DNA from: Moniliella sp. 'wahieum'
Taxonomy: Eukaryota
Direction: 5' to 3'
Length of the DNA: 64,000 nt
Assembly: GCA_003971905.1 (NCBI GenBank)
Contig: RSEE01000001.1
Span: 744,001 to 808,000, forward strand
Shown here: positions 1 to 12,306 of the stretch, one piece after another
Layout of the letters: each line of letters starts with the position of its first letter
Numbering within the stretch: the stretch's first letter is position 1
The notes under the pieces: model-generated
Database searches by the model: none
What the model saw: the letters and a program-made list of their open reading frames with translations, nothing else
Told to the model about the DNA's origin: nothing
Program-made: the position numbers and the translations under genes

Positions 1-84
1 CCTAGGCACTCGGCAGGGCCATGTCCAGCCCAGCACGATGCATGATGTGTGATGTGTGATGCATGATAGCCAACCTTCAAGCTT

Positions 85-1175
85 CAAGCTTCAACCTGGG
101 TCTCTGCTCCGGCTTCATCGCCGGGAAGGCGAGGACTTCGGCGATCCGGTTTGAGTAGGTCAGGAACATGGTCAGCCGGTCAATCCCCAGCCCCCAGCCC
201 GCTGTGGGCGGCAAGCCGTGCTCGAGCGCGCCGCAAACACCTCGTCAATCCCTTGCGCCTCGTCGTCGCCGGCGGCCGCTTGGCGCGACTGCTTTCGAAC
301 CGCTCCCGCTGGTCAAAGGGATCGTTGAGCTCCGTATACGCATTGGCAATCTCCTTTGATGCCACAAGGCTCGAACCGTTCGGGCAGACCCGGGATGGAG
401 CGGTGGTACTTGGCCAGCCAGCGGGCTCATCACCTCAAGGTGGCCCATGATAAAGGAAGGATTGATGCGCTGAGGCTCAATGTACTCGCCCACAAACTTG
501 TCCACCAACCGGGCCGATATGCGGGGCGCACTGCACTCCACCCTGTGCTACACTGCCAACTCATCCAGCCACTTACGCGCAGCCTCGGTGGAGCTGTTTG
601 GCAGGCGGGAAAGTGACATTGAGCTGCGCCTCGAGCTCCTTGATCATGTCGAATCGCCTCCAGGGGGTAGCAAAGTCAATCTCGTACACGGGGCCATCGG
701 GCTTATTCTTGCCGACATGATCCGAGGCAGAGACCATGATCAAGACCTTCTGACCCTCCGAGTGAAGATCATAAAAATGCAACTTGGCACCCTGCGCGCG
801 CACCGTGTGGATGCGGCCGGTAATGGACACTTTCTCCTCCAGCGTAGCTCCAGGGTCGGTGGTGGGGCCGTACTTGTCGATAAAGGCACCAAGGGAGGTG
901 TTTACATGGAACCTGTGAGGATACGGGTTGGACGCCTTGCTCTCACGCAGAGCCTTGATCGTGCGCGAGCGCTGCTCGTACTATTGCTGTGGGCTCAGTT
1001 CCCCCTCGTCCGTAGCGGACTTCGGCTTGGTCGCAGCCACGGGAGCAGCAGCCATCTTTGCCGCCTATTTTTCGGCGGACTGGCGCTCCTTCTGACGCCG
1101 CTTCAGTTCGCTCTTGCTGACCTTCTCGCCCATGACGGGGTCGAGGTGTGGGGCAGCGGCAGTAGCCTCAGACAT
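85..1175 (-). pseudogene. KRS1: Cytosolic lysyl-tRNA synthetase pseudogene (in-frame stops, large internal deletion)
   Basis: Reads MSEATAAAPHLDPVMGEKVSKSELKRRQK..PYPHRFHV..ITGRIHTVRAQGAKLHFYDL, then jumps to [48 protein letters not shown](T)[14 protein letters not shown]. In-frame TAG at 1065-1067 and 981-983. The class II motif 1/2 region is missing at a junction near 715. Confidence 0.9.
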
Positions 1176-2089
1176 GGTTATGGTGGTTCAAGCTTCAAGC
1201 TTCGAGGTGAATGGACGCCGGACTGAACCAACAGGTTGTGGAAAAGAAAAACAGGGGCCTACAGACACTGGCGCTGTGCCGTTCTTTAGACATATTCGCC
1301 CGGTCCGTGCATGTTAGGTTATAGCCCTAGGAGAGGATCTGTATCGTTTACGCCGGTAAACCCAATGGAATGCGGGGGCGGATGCACTATTAGTGCGAAC
1401 TCTTCCCCCCCCTTGTACTCCAACTCACTAACATTACCCACCCCCTCAAGTTCAACAGCCCCAAAGGATCGCGATGATTGGGTATCGTCAGGCTACATAG
1501 GAATGTCTCCTACATATGATACTAGTTTATTCACGTTCAACCCCCCCCCTCGGGCCTTGCAAAGCAGAGGAAAAGAGTGTAAGTGTGGCCCGAACGTCTC
1601 TGCCGACATTATAGCCAACCACACACCGGTCAGGCAATGCTGAGAACATATCCCGCCCGCCTCTCGTCACAAATGAAAGTCATTTATAATTCCCACACCT
1701 GTAGCAACTGCACACTCTTCACGACCTGCTCAGGCTGAGCCTTCGCATATAGGTGAGAGGCCCGATCGCTACTCTCCTGGCAACAGTCAACGCTCTACCT
1801 CCTCCCCTCTCACAGAGGCCACCATTTCGAGCATGCCAGACAACTCATCTCCGCATGTCCCATGGGCCCGGCTCCGGGAAAGGCTGTAAGTCCCGCCTCT
1901 CTCGGCTACAACTTTTGTGTGGCACAGCTTCGGCGGCGTGTTCCGACCGTTGCCGAACTGCATCAGTTGCTCATGTCCGCTCGTTCATTTTCCCTTTCGC
2001 ATATCCTCTCCTCCGCTAGCTTCCACCTGGATGAGATACTGACGGACTGTGTGCGGCTGCGATTATCCATCTACTACAGTCGCATCGGT

Positions 2090-3498
2090 ATGGTACAAAT
2101 GCGAGAACCGTTCCTGGACGGCCATCCGTTTTATGAGCCCAACAATAATACCCAACACGCTGCCCCCCATCCCGAGCACTTGGCTGGACATCCCCCCGGT
2201 CCTTGGTACATCCCCTTTGCTGATCAGCCTCCCTTTTCTCCGCCACTGAGCTTGCGAAGTGTCGAAACACGTTCAGCTTCTGGTACGACTTTAGCCCTGT
2301 GCCTTTTTCCCGCCCCCAAGCCGATGGGGGCGCGTTGCTGGCCCGCTCGGTCCTCCCGAGTACCGCGATGTCCAGGTCCGTTTTGACCACCCACCCGGTG
2401 GGATGATGGAGGACGGAGGGCGGTACGAGTACAGCACGATGACGGGCAAGCGCAAGGCCCTGCTGATTGGCATCAACTATGTTGGCTCCAGAGCGGAGCT
2501 CGGCGGATGTTGGAAGGATGTGGTAAACATGCGCAGCTTTCTCCTCACCTGCGGATTCCATGCGGAGGACATGGTTGTCTTGACCGATCAAACACCCGAT
2601 CCATGGGGACACCCTACCAGGGCCAACATCTCCGCGGCCATGCAGTGGCTCATCAGGGACGCTCAACCGGGTGATTCCCTCTTTTTCCATTATTCGGGCC
2701 ATGGCGCGCAGGCCAAGGCGACTCAAGGTGATCACGGTGCGTGTATGTCACCCTTCCTGTATGACTAGTGACTCCCCTCTGCCCCTCCCTCCTTCCTAGC
2801 ATGTTCCTGGTCTGACTCTCGCCTGCACCCACAGCGGACGGATTGAACGAGTATATCGTTCCTGTGGATTACCTTACCAATGGCATGATGGCGGATGACG
2901 AGCTGCATGACATGCTAGTGACCCCCTTGCCGGTCGGGTGTCGCTTGACCGCCTTGTTTGATTCGTGCTACAGTGGCACCGTGCTGGACCTGCCCTATGT
3001 CTACGCAACCAGTGGCCAACTTTTTGAACTCACCGTGGGGGCCAACATGGGCTGTGGAATGCGCAAAGCCATCCAATTGGCTGGCAAGATCACGGGGGAC
3101 TTTTCCACCGTACCTTCCGATAGTAATGCCGCTGTATACCCCAAAGCGCCAAGAGAAAAGGGGCGCAGGAGGATACAATTTGTACCCAGTCTTCTGGGGC
3201 CGATGTGGTGATGTTTTCCGGTTGCAAGGATAGTGAGACGAGTGCGGACACCTACGAAGCCCACAAGGCAACGGGTGCAATGAGCTTTGCTTGGATCACC
3301 GTCTTTTCACGCTGGCCCAACATTACCTATCTTCAGCTCCTAAACGCTCTCCGTGATGAGCTGGTCAAGTGTTTGGTCAGAAGCCTCAGGTTTGTACCTT
3401 GACTTCCTCCATTAGAGTATCTGTTGACTTGGATCTGATTGTGCCTCCGCAGATGAGCAGCTCCATCCATGGGATCTGAACCCCTGTTCACCATTTGA
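2090..3498 (+). CDS. MCA1: Type I metacaspase, divergent; introns ~2737-2834 and ~3390-3452, frameshifts
   Basis: Pro-rich N-terminus, KRKALLIGINY, PTRANI..AMQWL..AQPGDSLFFHYSGHG (catalytic His), LTALFDSCYSGTVLDLPY (catalytic Cys), MFSGCKDSETSAD, TGAMS. Confidence 0.9.
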
Positions 3499-4312
3499 TC
3501 TCCGATACCCATCATATATGAGTCATGCCGGGATGGATATAACACGGGCGGACATATGTGTTGGATTGACACAATATTTTGTTTCAACATAAAACGCATC
3601 TGAAGCTTGAACCCTTGGATGTACCTGAACGTAATAGCTGAAGCTTGAACAAGCTTTGAAGTAGTACTGGCTGACATGTGTCCTTAAGCCTTAGGCCTTA
3701 TGTTAGGTCCTCATAGTACAAACTCTGAGAAGTACTTGGCACACTCAGTGCCCATATACACAGTTGCAATAACCTTTTGTAGCCCGTTGTACACCACGTA
3801 GGGCAGTGGAGTAAAGATAGTAGAGCGTCCCACAGCCGACGGATCGTACACGCGCCATAACGCTCGTCTCCGTTCCTGACGGCAAAACGTCGAAGCGCCT
3901 TTTGGGGTCATTTCCGGGCATGCCAACACAGGTCCTGCTGCATACCGTCTCTTCTGGCCTACCCGTGTATCACACGTGCATAATCTTGCCCTCATTCATA
4001 TGTGTGAGTCCCTCAAAAGCCTCTGGTGCACCCCCAATGAAAATTTCCGATAGTTTTGTGTAGTCGAATCCGAAGGAACGAGTTGGGATTGTGAGTCGGT
4101 GCGAACCATGAAGCCCATGGCGAAAAACCCTCGGGTGAATAATATTAAGGCCCGAGAGGGTATATACCCCGTTCCATACTGCTGAAAACGTACTGAACTG
4201 TGTGGCGCGCGCCAAAAGCTTCAAAAGACTGCAACACGGTACAACCCATGTAGCATCGAAGCAAAAATCAGCATGTCAATCATTAATCAATCCCAGTACC
4301 CAGTGTGTGTGG

Positions 4313-4860
4313 GTTTAACGTTTAACGTTTAATTACAAGGCGAAAAAAGGGAAGGCGAAAAGGTAATGGGACTTTTGAAGATGCATGATGGACTTGATGC
4401 ATGACATGCGACATGCGACAGCAACTATTGACATGGTGACAGTAGCGTGCGTAGCGTGGGAAGCTACCAAACACCTGCCAGGGTGTTGTGATTCGATACA
4501 TACCACCGACGGTTCATGATTTGTCCGGAGACAGACGCATCGCGAGAGCGTTTTTGTCCGGCCGGTCATACGTGTCTACCCTGCGCTATGCAGAGCAAAT
4601 GAGAGCCCGAACTGAGAAACGCAGGTTTGACACTCGATAGAATAGCATGGCTATCATATATTAAGGTCCTTAGGCCTACTAGGGCGTACTAGGGCCTGCT
4701 ATGAAGCTTAAGTCAAGTACGTTAACGCGTTAATACGAGTTTGACGTCAAGTGTCCGAGTTATCGATGCTATCGCGGGTTTCGAATTGGACACGTACCCA
4801 GAGCCAGTAAGCTTGAAGCTTGAAGCTAGCTCTTGAAGCTTAATTGAATTGATAATTCAA
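4313..4860. repeat. Patch of palindrome-based heptad microrepeats (AACGTTT, CCTTAGG, AAGCTTG, AATT)
   Basis: gtttaacgtttaacgtttaa 4313-4332; aagcttgaagcttgaagct 4809-4827; dense GTTAAC/ACGCGT/ATCGAT/GACGTC at 4660-4780. Confidence 0.8.
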
Positions 4861-6221
4861 GGCACCACGATGATGTGCGATACATATGTTGCCCAATGCA
4901 TGATGCGTGATGTTGGCGGTGGGCGTTTCCAGGAGCTCGACGCTTGGCGCTTGGAGCGTGGAGAGCCTGTGATGGACCTAGTGGGGAAGAGGGAAAAGAA
5001 ACTGTCCATTCACGCGGCGCGCAGGGCACGCCAAAAAGCGTATGGATTCCTCCGGACGGTGGACGCTGTGAGTGGTGCTCGGCAACCTTCTGCAACCCGA
5101 ACGGGCGTTGGAGGTGAGACCGGAGAGCACAAAGTGAGATGGCCAAATTGGGGGTTTCAGGTTCGCGATGGCGAATCGACTAATCTCTTCGTTCGGATAT
5201 CCGCCTGTGGTACGCAGCACGGCATTCCCACCCCAAGGCCAACTAAACTCGGTGGCCCTGAGGACCTGTTGAGCACAGGCCTTCAGGTCGTCAGGGCCTC
5301 GCCGGTCACCGGCCCCGAGGAGGAAGCAGCGGCGCAAAGCCAATCCGCACCGCTGGGGAGCAGGAAGCGACGCTGTGGGCAGTGTGATGCAGTGTGCAGG
5401 CACTGCCCCCATAGGAGTCATTCGGAGATTGTGCGGGACAAGGCTGCTGCGTTCTTTTGCAGCATGCATCATGTGTGATGCAGTCACTAGTCACTAGTCA
5501 TGTCATGCACCATGCGTGTTTGCACGCGGGGGGCATGTCACACACCCATATCACCGGCCCAGGTGCGCGGGGAAATGCGCTGCCCCCGTGTGTCGCATGG
5601 GGCGAGCATCATAACCCTAATTGGCCGCAGCGCTGTCTGGCGCAGTCTCCGATTTGATCGATTCAAAAAGCCGTGTTTGGGGCCGACGCAGGCGGCAGCG
5701 CGGGGGCAGTGGGAGCACGGGGCGGGGGTCGGGTGTGCCTGAACGGGCGATTAGCATGGGACTGCCCCTGTGCGGGCATGGCCAGCAGTGCAGCCACTGC
5801 GATATCGATAATCGATAATCGGTACGTGAGATATGGCCGTGCACGCGTACGTAGGCAGGCGGGACGGGCGTGTTCCTGCAGCAGGTTTCCTTGGCCTGTA
5901 GCGCCGCCCGCACTGCGTCTGTGCTGGGCCCAGCCCCCCAGGCTGCGCTAGCACCGAGCATGGGTCGTCGCGGCTGCCCTCGTGCCTGGGCCTTTGCCAC
6001 AGTCGGCATGCTCTGCAGCAGGCTGGCCACTGCTTGGCCTGTGCCTGTTGTTCTTTGTGCTAGCTCCGTCTCATATAGTCGCACCCTCTCGCCACCACCA
6101 GTGCCTGCGGCCCCCCCGGCACCCCTCTGATTGCTACGCTCGTCAGTCCCGTCCCTCCCACGTTGCTCAGCGCCCCCCCGGCACGCCTCCTTCGTCTCTG
6201 CCGTCGTGCCCGCCGCCTCGA

Positions 6222-8011
6222 ATGCGTCCCTCCCATCCCCAGCCCCCGGCCCATGGCTACCCGCCTGCCGCTCGTATTCAGCGCACGCTCACCGTGAACC
6301 AGCCATGGCCCCTCCCCCGCTCCACTGGCCCCGCTTCCCTGCCTAAGCGCGGCTCGGACTATCATATTCCGCCGTCGTCCCTCTACTCATCCACCTCTGG
6401 TGTCTCTGTCTCTCACGGCTTCGCGCCCTCCCAACACACGGCCAACCGCCCGCGGCTGCCGCCTCTACGCGGCCTGTTCGATGCTCCCGCGGCTTCAAGT
6501 TCCAGCGTTAACCGTATGTTCTGATTTTCTATTCTCCCCTCTTTATCTTCTTCCCTGAACCGGGAATGGTGAGTGCGGGTACGGAATTACGGTGAGAAGC
6601 GAGATTGCATCTCTAGTAGGAGAGACTTGGTCTACTCTGCTTCCCGTTTTTCTGTGCTCGTGCTTGATCGCCCAAACCAAGAGTTCTCTTTCACCCTATC
6701 CTTGTGGTGTATCGGGATTTGTGCGCTGACTGATTTGGGTTTTCTCCATTCTGTTCGTCTTGGCACGACTGTGGGGATCTGGATCAAAATTGTTCAGGCT
6801 CATCCTCCTTCAGCGCTAGTTCTTATCGTGAACCCCCTGCCCCCCAAGCCTCCGAATATGGATCGCAAATGACGGGCCCTCTAGCTGCGCAACGTTCTCA
6901 TTCGGACTCCAACCCGTATTACCCTACAATATTGATGGACCCGCCTATGGCACCGTACCACCCGCTGTGCAAGCCCGTACCAGAGGTGGAAGTGCCTCGT
7001 CGGCTCCATCGGCACTGGATGTTGGTCCTGACTTTGCTCCCCCCGGCCCCGCCTCGCATCAACAGGCCCCAGGGTCAGCCGACTGGAATGCCCCCTCGCA
7101 CCCAGGTACCATGTACGGCGAGCATGGACGCCATCATTCGTTGCCTGGTTTCGGTGTTTGCGGGACCAACGTCAGCGGGCCTCTGCTCGGTATGGATGAA
7201 CCCACCCGGGCTGCCTACATCTCCAACCTGGTTAATTCCATCGACCTGCAACGTTCCCTCCGCCCACGTGTGGGTGCGCGGGAAGGTCAGCCGGCCTGTG
7301 ACGAGTGTCGTACGGAAAGTCAAGTAGGTACTCACCCTTGACGTTCTCCATGATGCCAAGGTTACTGACCCGGTATGAACGAGCAGATGCGATCGCAACA
7401 CCCGTGCGCCAGGTGTGTAGCGAGCAAACGTACCTGTACCTCCAACGATACGCTCATGCGTCGCGGGCCGTTGACGAGGGAACAGCGGGCGGTGTTTGCG
7501 TTTTCGGGCATCACGTACGAATCCCACCGGGAGCGCATGAAGAAGCGTCGGCTGCTGCAGCAAGCTCAGCAAGTCATGCCGCCCCCCACGGGCGGGGGGT
7601 GCCAACCTTTCCGCCTACCCCAGGGACTGGCGCGTCGTACCCGACCGCCATTCCGTCACTGCCCCCATCCCTATTTCCATTCAGGTCCCCCCTGCCATCC
7701 CCGACCGAGGCGTACCACGAATACAGTTACCCTGCGGGCGAACGATATGACCCGACGGCAATGGCGCAGCATTCCCATGGTGGCCCCCAGGCGTGGGGAT
7801 GAACCATGGTGGCCTGCACGCATACTCGGGTCATGCGGTGGGTCGTTCGAGCTTCAGCCATAGCGAACTTGCCGTTCACGACCGATCCGCGGTGGACATT
7901 CCACTTCGATCGGCTCCTCTGCGCCCGGGTGGCCTACCTATCCTCTGCACGGCTCTGTGCCGTCATCGTATTGAGATGGAGGGTCTTGGCTCTGGGCCTG
8001 CCTTGTTTTGA
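6222..8011 (+). CDS. Zn(II)2Cys6 transcription factor, Pro-rich with a central zinc cluster; boundaries approximate
   Basis: ACDECR-(RKVK)-intron ~7324-7387-CDR(Q)HPCARCVASKRTCT gives the six-Cys binuclear cluster, followed by RRGP. GTATGT donor at 6514. Confidence 0.7.
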
Positions 8012-10115
8012 GCACACGATGCTTCTTGTGCCCCCCTTTTTTTCTTGCGCTGATGCTTTTCAGCGCCACGGCCTTCGTACCCCTCCCCTACCGAGGAGGG
8101 AGGTGCTCTCTGCCCAATGGGCTCACCCTATATCTGCAAGTCGGACGCTTGACGACCCATTGACGACCCTTTTGCTGACGAATCTCCTATGGGGCACTAC
8201 GGTTGGGCCCACCACTTTTGTTTTATTGTTCTCATCAGGCTTGTCTAGCAAGCTGCCGACTTGGTTTGCCCACGCCTTGAACCCCCCTCCCGTTCCACCC
8301 TGCCCCCCGCCTATCCAAGCCCTGCACCTCTGTTTCCTGATGTTTGTACTTGTATTTGTACCTTTCGCTGAAAAGATGATGGCGTGACTATCGAGACTAC
8401 CGAGCGTGAGGACTATTGATCGCCACCGTCTACCCATAGCTACCTTCCCCTTGGTCCTCTCATGCCCGCGTGCACTGGACGTGTGGGAGTGGAGCGAGAG
8501 ACGTTTGAGCGCTACAGCTGGGGAAAGAGGTGGGATTCTCACCGTAAAAATGTACTGATGAACTACTGTGCTGCAATGGATGCAATCGTATGGGGGGTAG
8601 GGAGATCAAGGGGATCTTGTCGAGAAGACATATGGGGAGGTTCCCACATGTTGGCCACGGTGCTTTCGGCTCTCTCTTCTCTGGGCGTAGGAACCCCGAG
8701 CTCTGAGAGCGCCTAAAGCCCTGAGAGGCAGTCTGGCGACGACCCGAAGCGTTCTTCTCAGGCTTGGTTGTTCCGCAGCCACAGGCCCAGTGGCGCTTTC
8801 TTGGCGTGTTGTCATTAATCATTTGTCGGTACTGAACTCAATCTTCATTCGCGTCATTAGTACACTTGGATCACCGTGCTCCCACCACCACTACTACTAT
8901 GGTAGTGCGATGATTGACGGCGTTCCTCTAGACGGCCGTTAGGGCCTTACGGGCGTGCCACTAATAGGCTTCTTCCACAGGTCGCATTGATCAGATAGAA
9001 TGTGGAGACGCTTGGGGGTGAGGCTGGTGACGCTGGGGCACAGGAGAGGATGGGATGGGACGAGGGGTCGGGCAGGCGGGGTAGTTCGTGCTGGCGACGA
9101 GAGGCCCCGTTTGGGTTGGGGCAGCACAACCGAGGTGCTTCGGCGCGTCTGGTCTGGTCCGCTTGGGCCGCGCAGCACCCAGCTGTGGGCAGCAAGCAGG
9201 GGTGCCGGCGGGAGGCTGGGCGGCAAGTATCAAATGGCGACGGGCGGGATCGCGTGATACGTGGTGCATGCTGGCTAGCGCTGCGCCTGCATGCGCTCCC
9301 ATGTTCCCAGGCGGGCCTGCGACGGCGCTGGGCCCCGCTGTGCTGGGCGAGGCGCAGGAGCGCCGGTGCCTGTCACGCGTTGGGCTAGTGTGCGCTGTGC
9401 GCTGGACGAAGATCTGATGAAATGCAAGATTGAAGCTGCAGATGGCAGATGGCCGATGGAAGATTGGTGTTGAAGCGGACATTGACTAGCGACGTTATGC
9501 GGAAGGACTAAGTGACGATCGATGGAGATTGATCGAATTGATCTTGCCCCGGGCCCGGCATCGCCACGCCGGGCACTAGGCCGCTGCTGGTGCATCCACC
9601 GCCGCCTGGTCCGGCACAGCAACACACTGGCCACGCACGCAGGAGAGCGGGCAGGTGCCTGCCCACACATATGCATGACATGCGTCTGCTGCGCCAGCGC
9701 GGGGCTCCGCATGCGGTTATTTCCGGAGCGGGGGCGCTGTGCTGCTGGCCGCCCTCCGCCGCTGGCAGCCGCACGGGCGGGGCAGCCGGCGCAGTGCACG
9801 GCAGCAGCCCGCACAGCACACTCGCGCCCTGCCGCGTGCGGGCAGCGCATGTCCGCCTGCGCCGCCCCAGGCGGCTCCCACCGCTTTGCAGCGGCTTTCA
9901 CGGGCGGAGGGCAGAATAGCGCAGCAACTGTCGCCTGCGGCCGCAGACGGCTGCATGCGCCGCTTCCCCGCGCAGGCGCTGCCCCCCTGCCGCGCCACGC
10001 CGCCACCGCTCGTCGTCCCCGGCGGCTGCACCGGCCGCATCCGGCCCGGTGCGGCCGGTTTAAAGTCGCCGGCGCGCCTTCTTCTTGGTCCGCCACGCTT
10101 CTCCTCCCCCCCACC

Positions 10116-11775
10116 ATGGCCCGTTCGCTTGCGCTTGGCTCGTCTGTGTCTGCTGCGCTCCGCCGCCCCTTCGCCTCGGCCCGCCCCGCTGCCCCCGTCC
10201 TCGCCTCGCTTGCCCGCCCCTCCTCGGCTGCTGCCCTCGCGCCCGCGCCCGCGTCTCGCCCTCCGCCTCCGCTGCTTTCTCCTCGTCTGCCCGCACCATG
10301 GGAGCCGGCCTTGGCGCTGGGGAGGACAACGTCCGCCCCCCCCCCGACCAGGTGATGCAGGACATTGCCGACTATGTCCACAGCTACGACATCACCTCCG
10401 ATGTCGCCTACCGCACTGCCCGCCTCGACCTGCTCGACACGCTCGGCTGCGGCATTGAGGCCCTCCGCTTCCCCCAGGCCAAGGCCATCACGGGCCCCGT
10501 CGTGCCCGGCACAGTGGTGCCCAACGGTGCCCGTGTCATTGGTACCGAGTACGTGCTGGACCCCATCCGCGCTGCGTTTGAGAACGGCGCGCTGGTCCGC
10601 TGGCTCGACTTCAACGACACGTGGCTTGCCGCCGAGTGGGGCCACCCGTCGGACAACATTGGTGCCATCCTGTCGGTTGCCGACTGGATCTCGCGCGAGC
10701 GTGTGGCCAAGGGCGCCGAGCCGCTGACGGTCAAGGATGTGCTCGAAGGCGCGATCAAGGCGCACGAAATCCAGGGTGTGATTGCGATTGAAAACTCGTT
10801 CAACAAGGTCGGCCTGGACCATGTGGTGCTGGTCAAGGTGGCCTCGGCGGCGGTGGTGAGCAAGCTGCTGGGCAACACGCGCGACCAGACGGTCGACGCG
10901 ATTAGCCAGGCGTTTGTCGATGGCCAGGCGCTCCGCACCTACCGCCACGCGCCCAACGCGGGCAGCCGCAAGTCGTGGGCTGCCGGCGATGCCTGTGGCC
11001 GTGCCGTCAACCTGGCGCTGCTCGTCAAGAATGGCGAGATGGGCTACCCTTCGGTGCTGACGGCGCCCGTGTGGGGCTTTACGATGTGCTGTTCAAGGGC
11101 AAGCCGTTCAAGTTCCAGCGTGGGTACGGGCAGCTATGTGATGGAGAACGTGCTGTTCAAGCTGCCCCGGCCGAGTTCCACGCCCAGACGGCCGTCGAGG
11201 CGGCGCGCGAGTTGCACAAGCAGCTCAAGGCCCAGGGCAAGACGTCGGATGACATTGCGTCGATTAAGCTCCGTACCCAGGAGGCTGCCATCCGCATCAT
11301 CTCCAAGGCTGGCAAGCTCAACAACTATGCTGACCGTGACCACTCGCTGCAGACATGGTTGCCGTTCCCCTCATCCACGGTGTTCTGGAACCCACATGTA
11401 CACGGACGAGTTTGCCGCCGACCCCAAGATTGACGAGCTGCGCGCCAAGATGACGGTGGAGGAGGAGCCTCGCTACACGGCCGAGTACCTGGAGCCGGAG
11501 AAGCGCTCCATTGGCAACAGCGTCGAGCTCGTCCTCAAGGACGGCACCAAGTTGGGCCTGTGGCGATTGACTACCCCGTGGGCCACGCCCGCCGCCGCAC
11601 GGAGGCCATCCCGCTGATTGCCGCCAAGCTCGACAAGCACCTCGACGGCTTCTTCCCCGAAGAGACCAAGACGGCCATCAAGGACTTCTTGAAGGACGAG
11701 AACCACGACAAGCTTGCCTCGACCCCGGTGCACAAGTTTGTCGACCTCTGGGTTAAGCCCGAGGCTCGCTCCTAA
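10116..11775 (+). CDS. PDH1: 2-methylcitrate dehydratase (MmgE/PrpD family) with a mitochondrial presequence-like N-terminus
   Basis: DTLGCG, RWLDFNDTWLAAEWGHPSDNIG, AHEIQG, LDHVVLVKVAS, YRHAPNAGSRKSWAAGDA, AEFHAQTAVE, DRDHSLQ, EKRSIGN, YPVGHARRR. Ala/Arg-rich N-terminus. Several single-base frameshifts. Confidence 0.95.
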
Positions 11776-12272
11776 ATGGTGCTCCTGCTGTAGGTGCCAT
11801 GCATTCAATTCAATATGGCCTCAAATCCAACCTGATTGTATGTATAGATGCTGCATGGGGACCTTCGAACAGCTTATAGAAAGGGCCGTAGGCGTTCTGC
11901 TGGTGTCCTGATTCAGGCAGTACGGCTCAAGGGGAAGGCTTGAATTGAATCCGAATGCAAGTCCTCCAAACTGGTCCTTCAAGAGATAGGGTGGTGCTGT
12001 TCCAAGAGGAGCACAAGGGGAGGAATGGAAGACGGGGGAGTTGAAGAGAGTGTGGGGGGAACGCGTGTGGGCTAGTATATGTTGGAGTGTTCTAGAAGGT
12101 GCGCAGGCCCCTCTGGCCATGCTTGTGGCCAATCAACATGGGGCAGCAGGCAGGACCGAGACCTGCTTGGCCCACTTCCCTCTGGGCTACAGAAACCAAA
12201 AAGGGACGGGGGATCTTTCATGTAAATGCATCTTTCTCAGACTGTTGCAAAGGGGTGGAAGCGGGCGCGCGC

Positions 12273-12294
12273 GGGGGGGGGGGGGGGGGGGGGG
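12273..12294 (+). repeat. G22 homopolymer just past the CDC45 stop
   Basis: Direct read; the length is unreliable in long-read data. Confidence 0.8.
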
Positions 12295-12306
12295 AGGGGT
12301 AAACGA

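Noticed and set aside
1312..1648. Possible solo LTR (TGTTAGG...AACA)
   Set aside because: No matching TSD and no second copy in the window.
5612..5620. TAACCCTAA, matching a telomerase RNA template or telobox
   Set aside because: A single 9-mer is expected by chance in 64 kb; no supporting TER structure is visible.
5749..5780. GATTAGCATGG...CCCCTG resembling U6 snRNA
   Set aside because: The ACAGAGA box and the rest of U6 are absent.
9275..10948. 557-aa minus-strand ORF and other long antisense ORFs (480-1226, 14488-15729, 36362-37453)
   Set aside because: Shadow ORFs of real genes or GC-rich promoters; no domain motifs.
8400..11775. Methylcitrate-cycle gene cluster around PDH1
   Set aside because: No methylcitrate synthase or methylisocitrate lyase motifs are adjacent.
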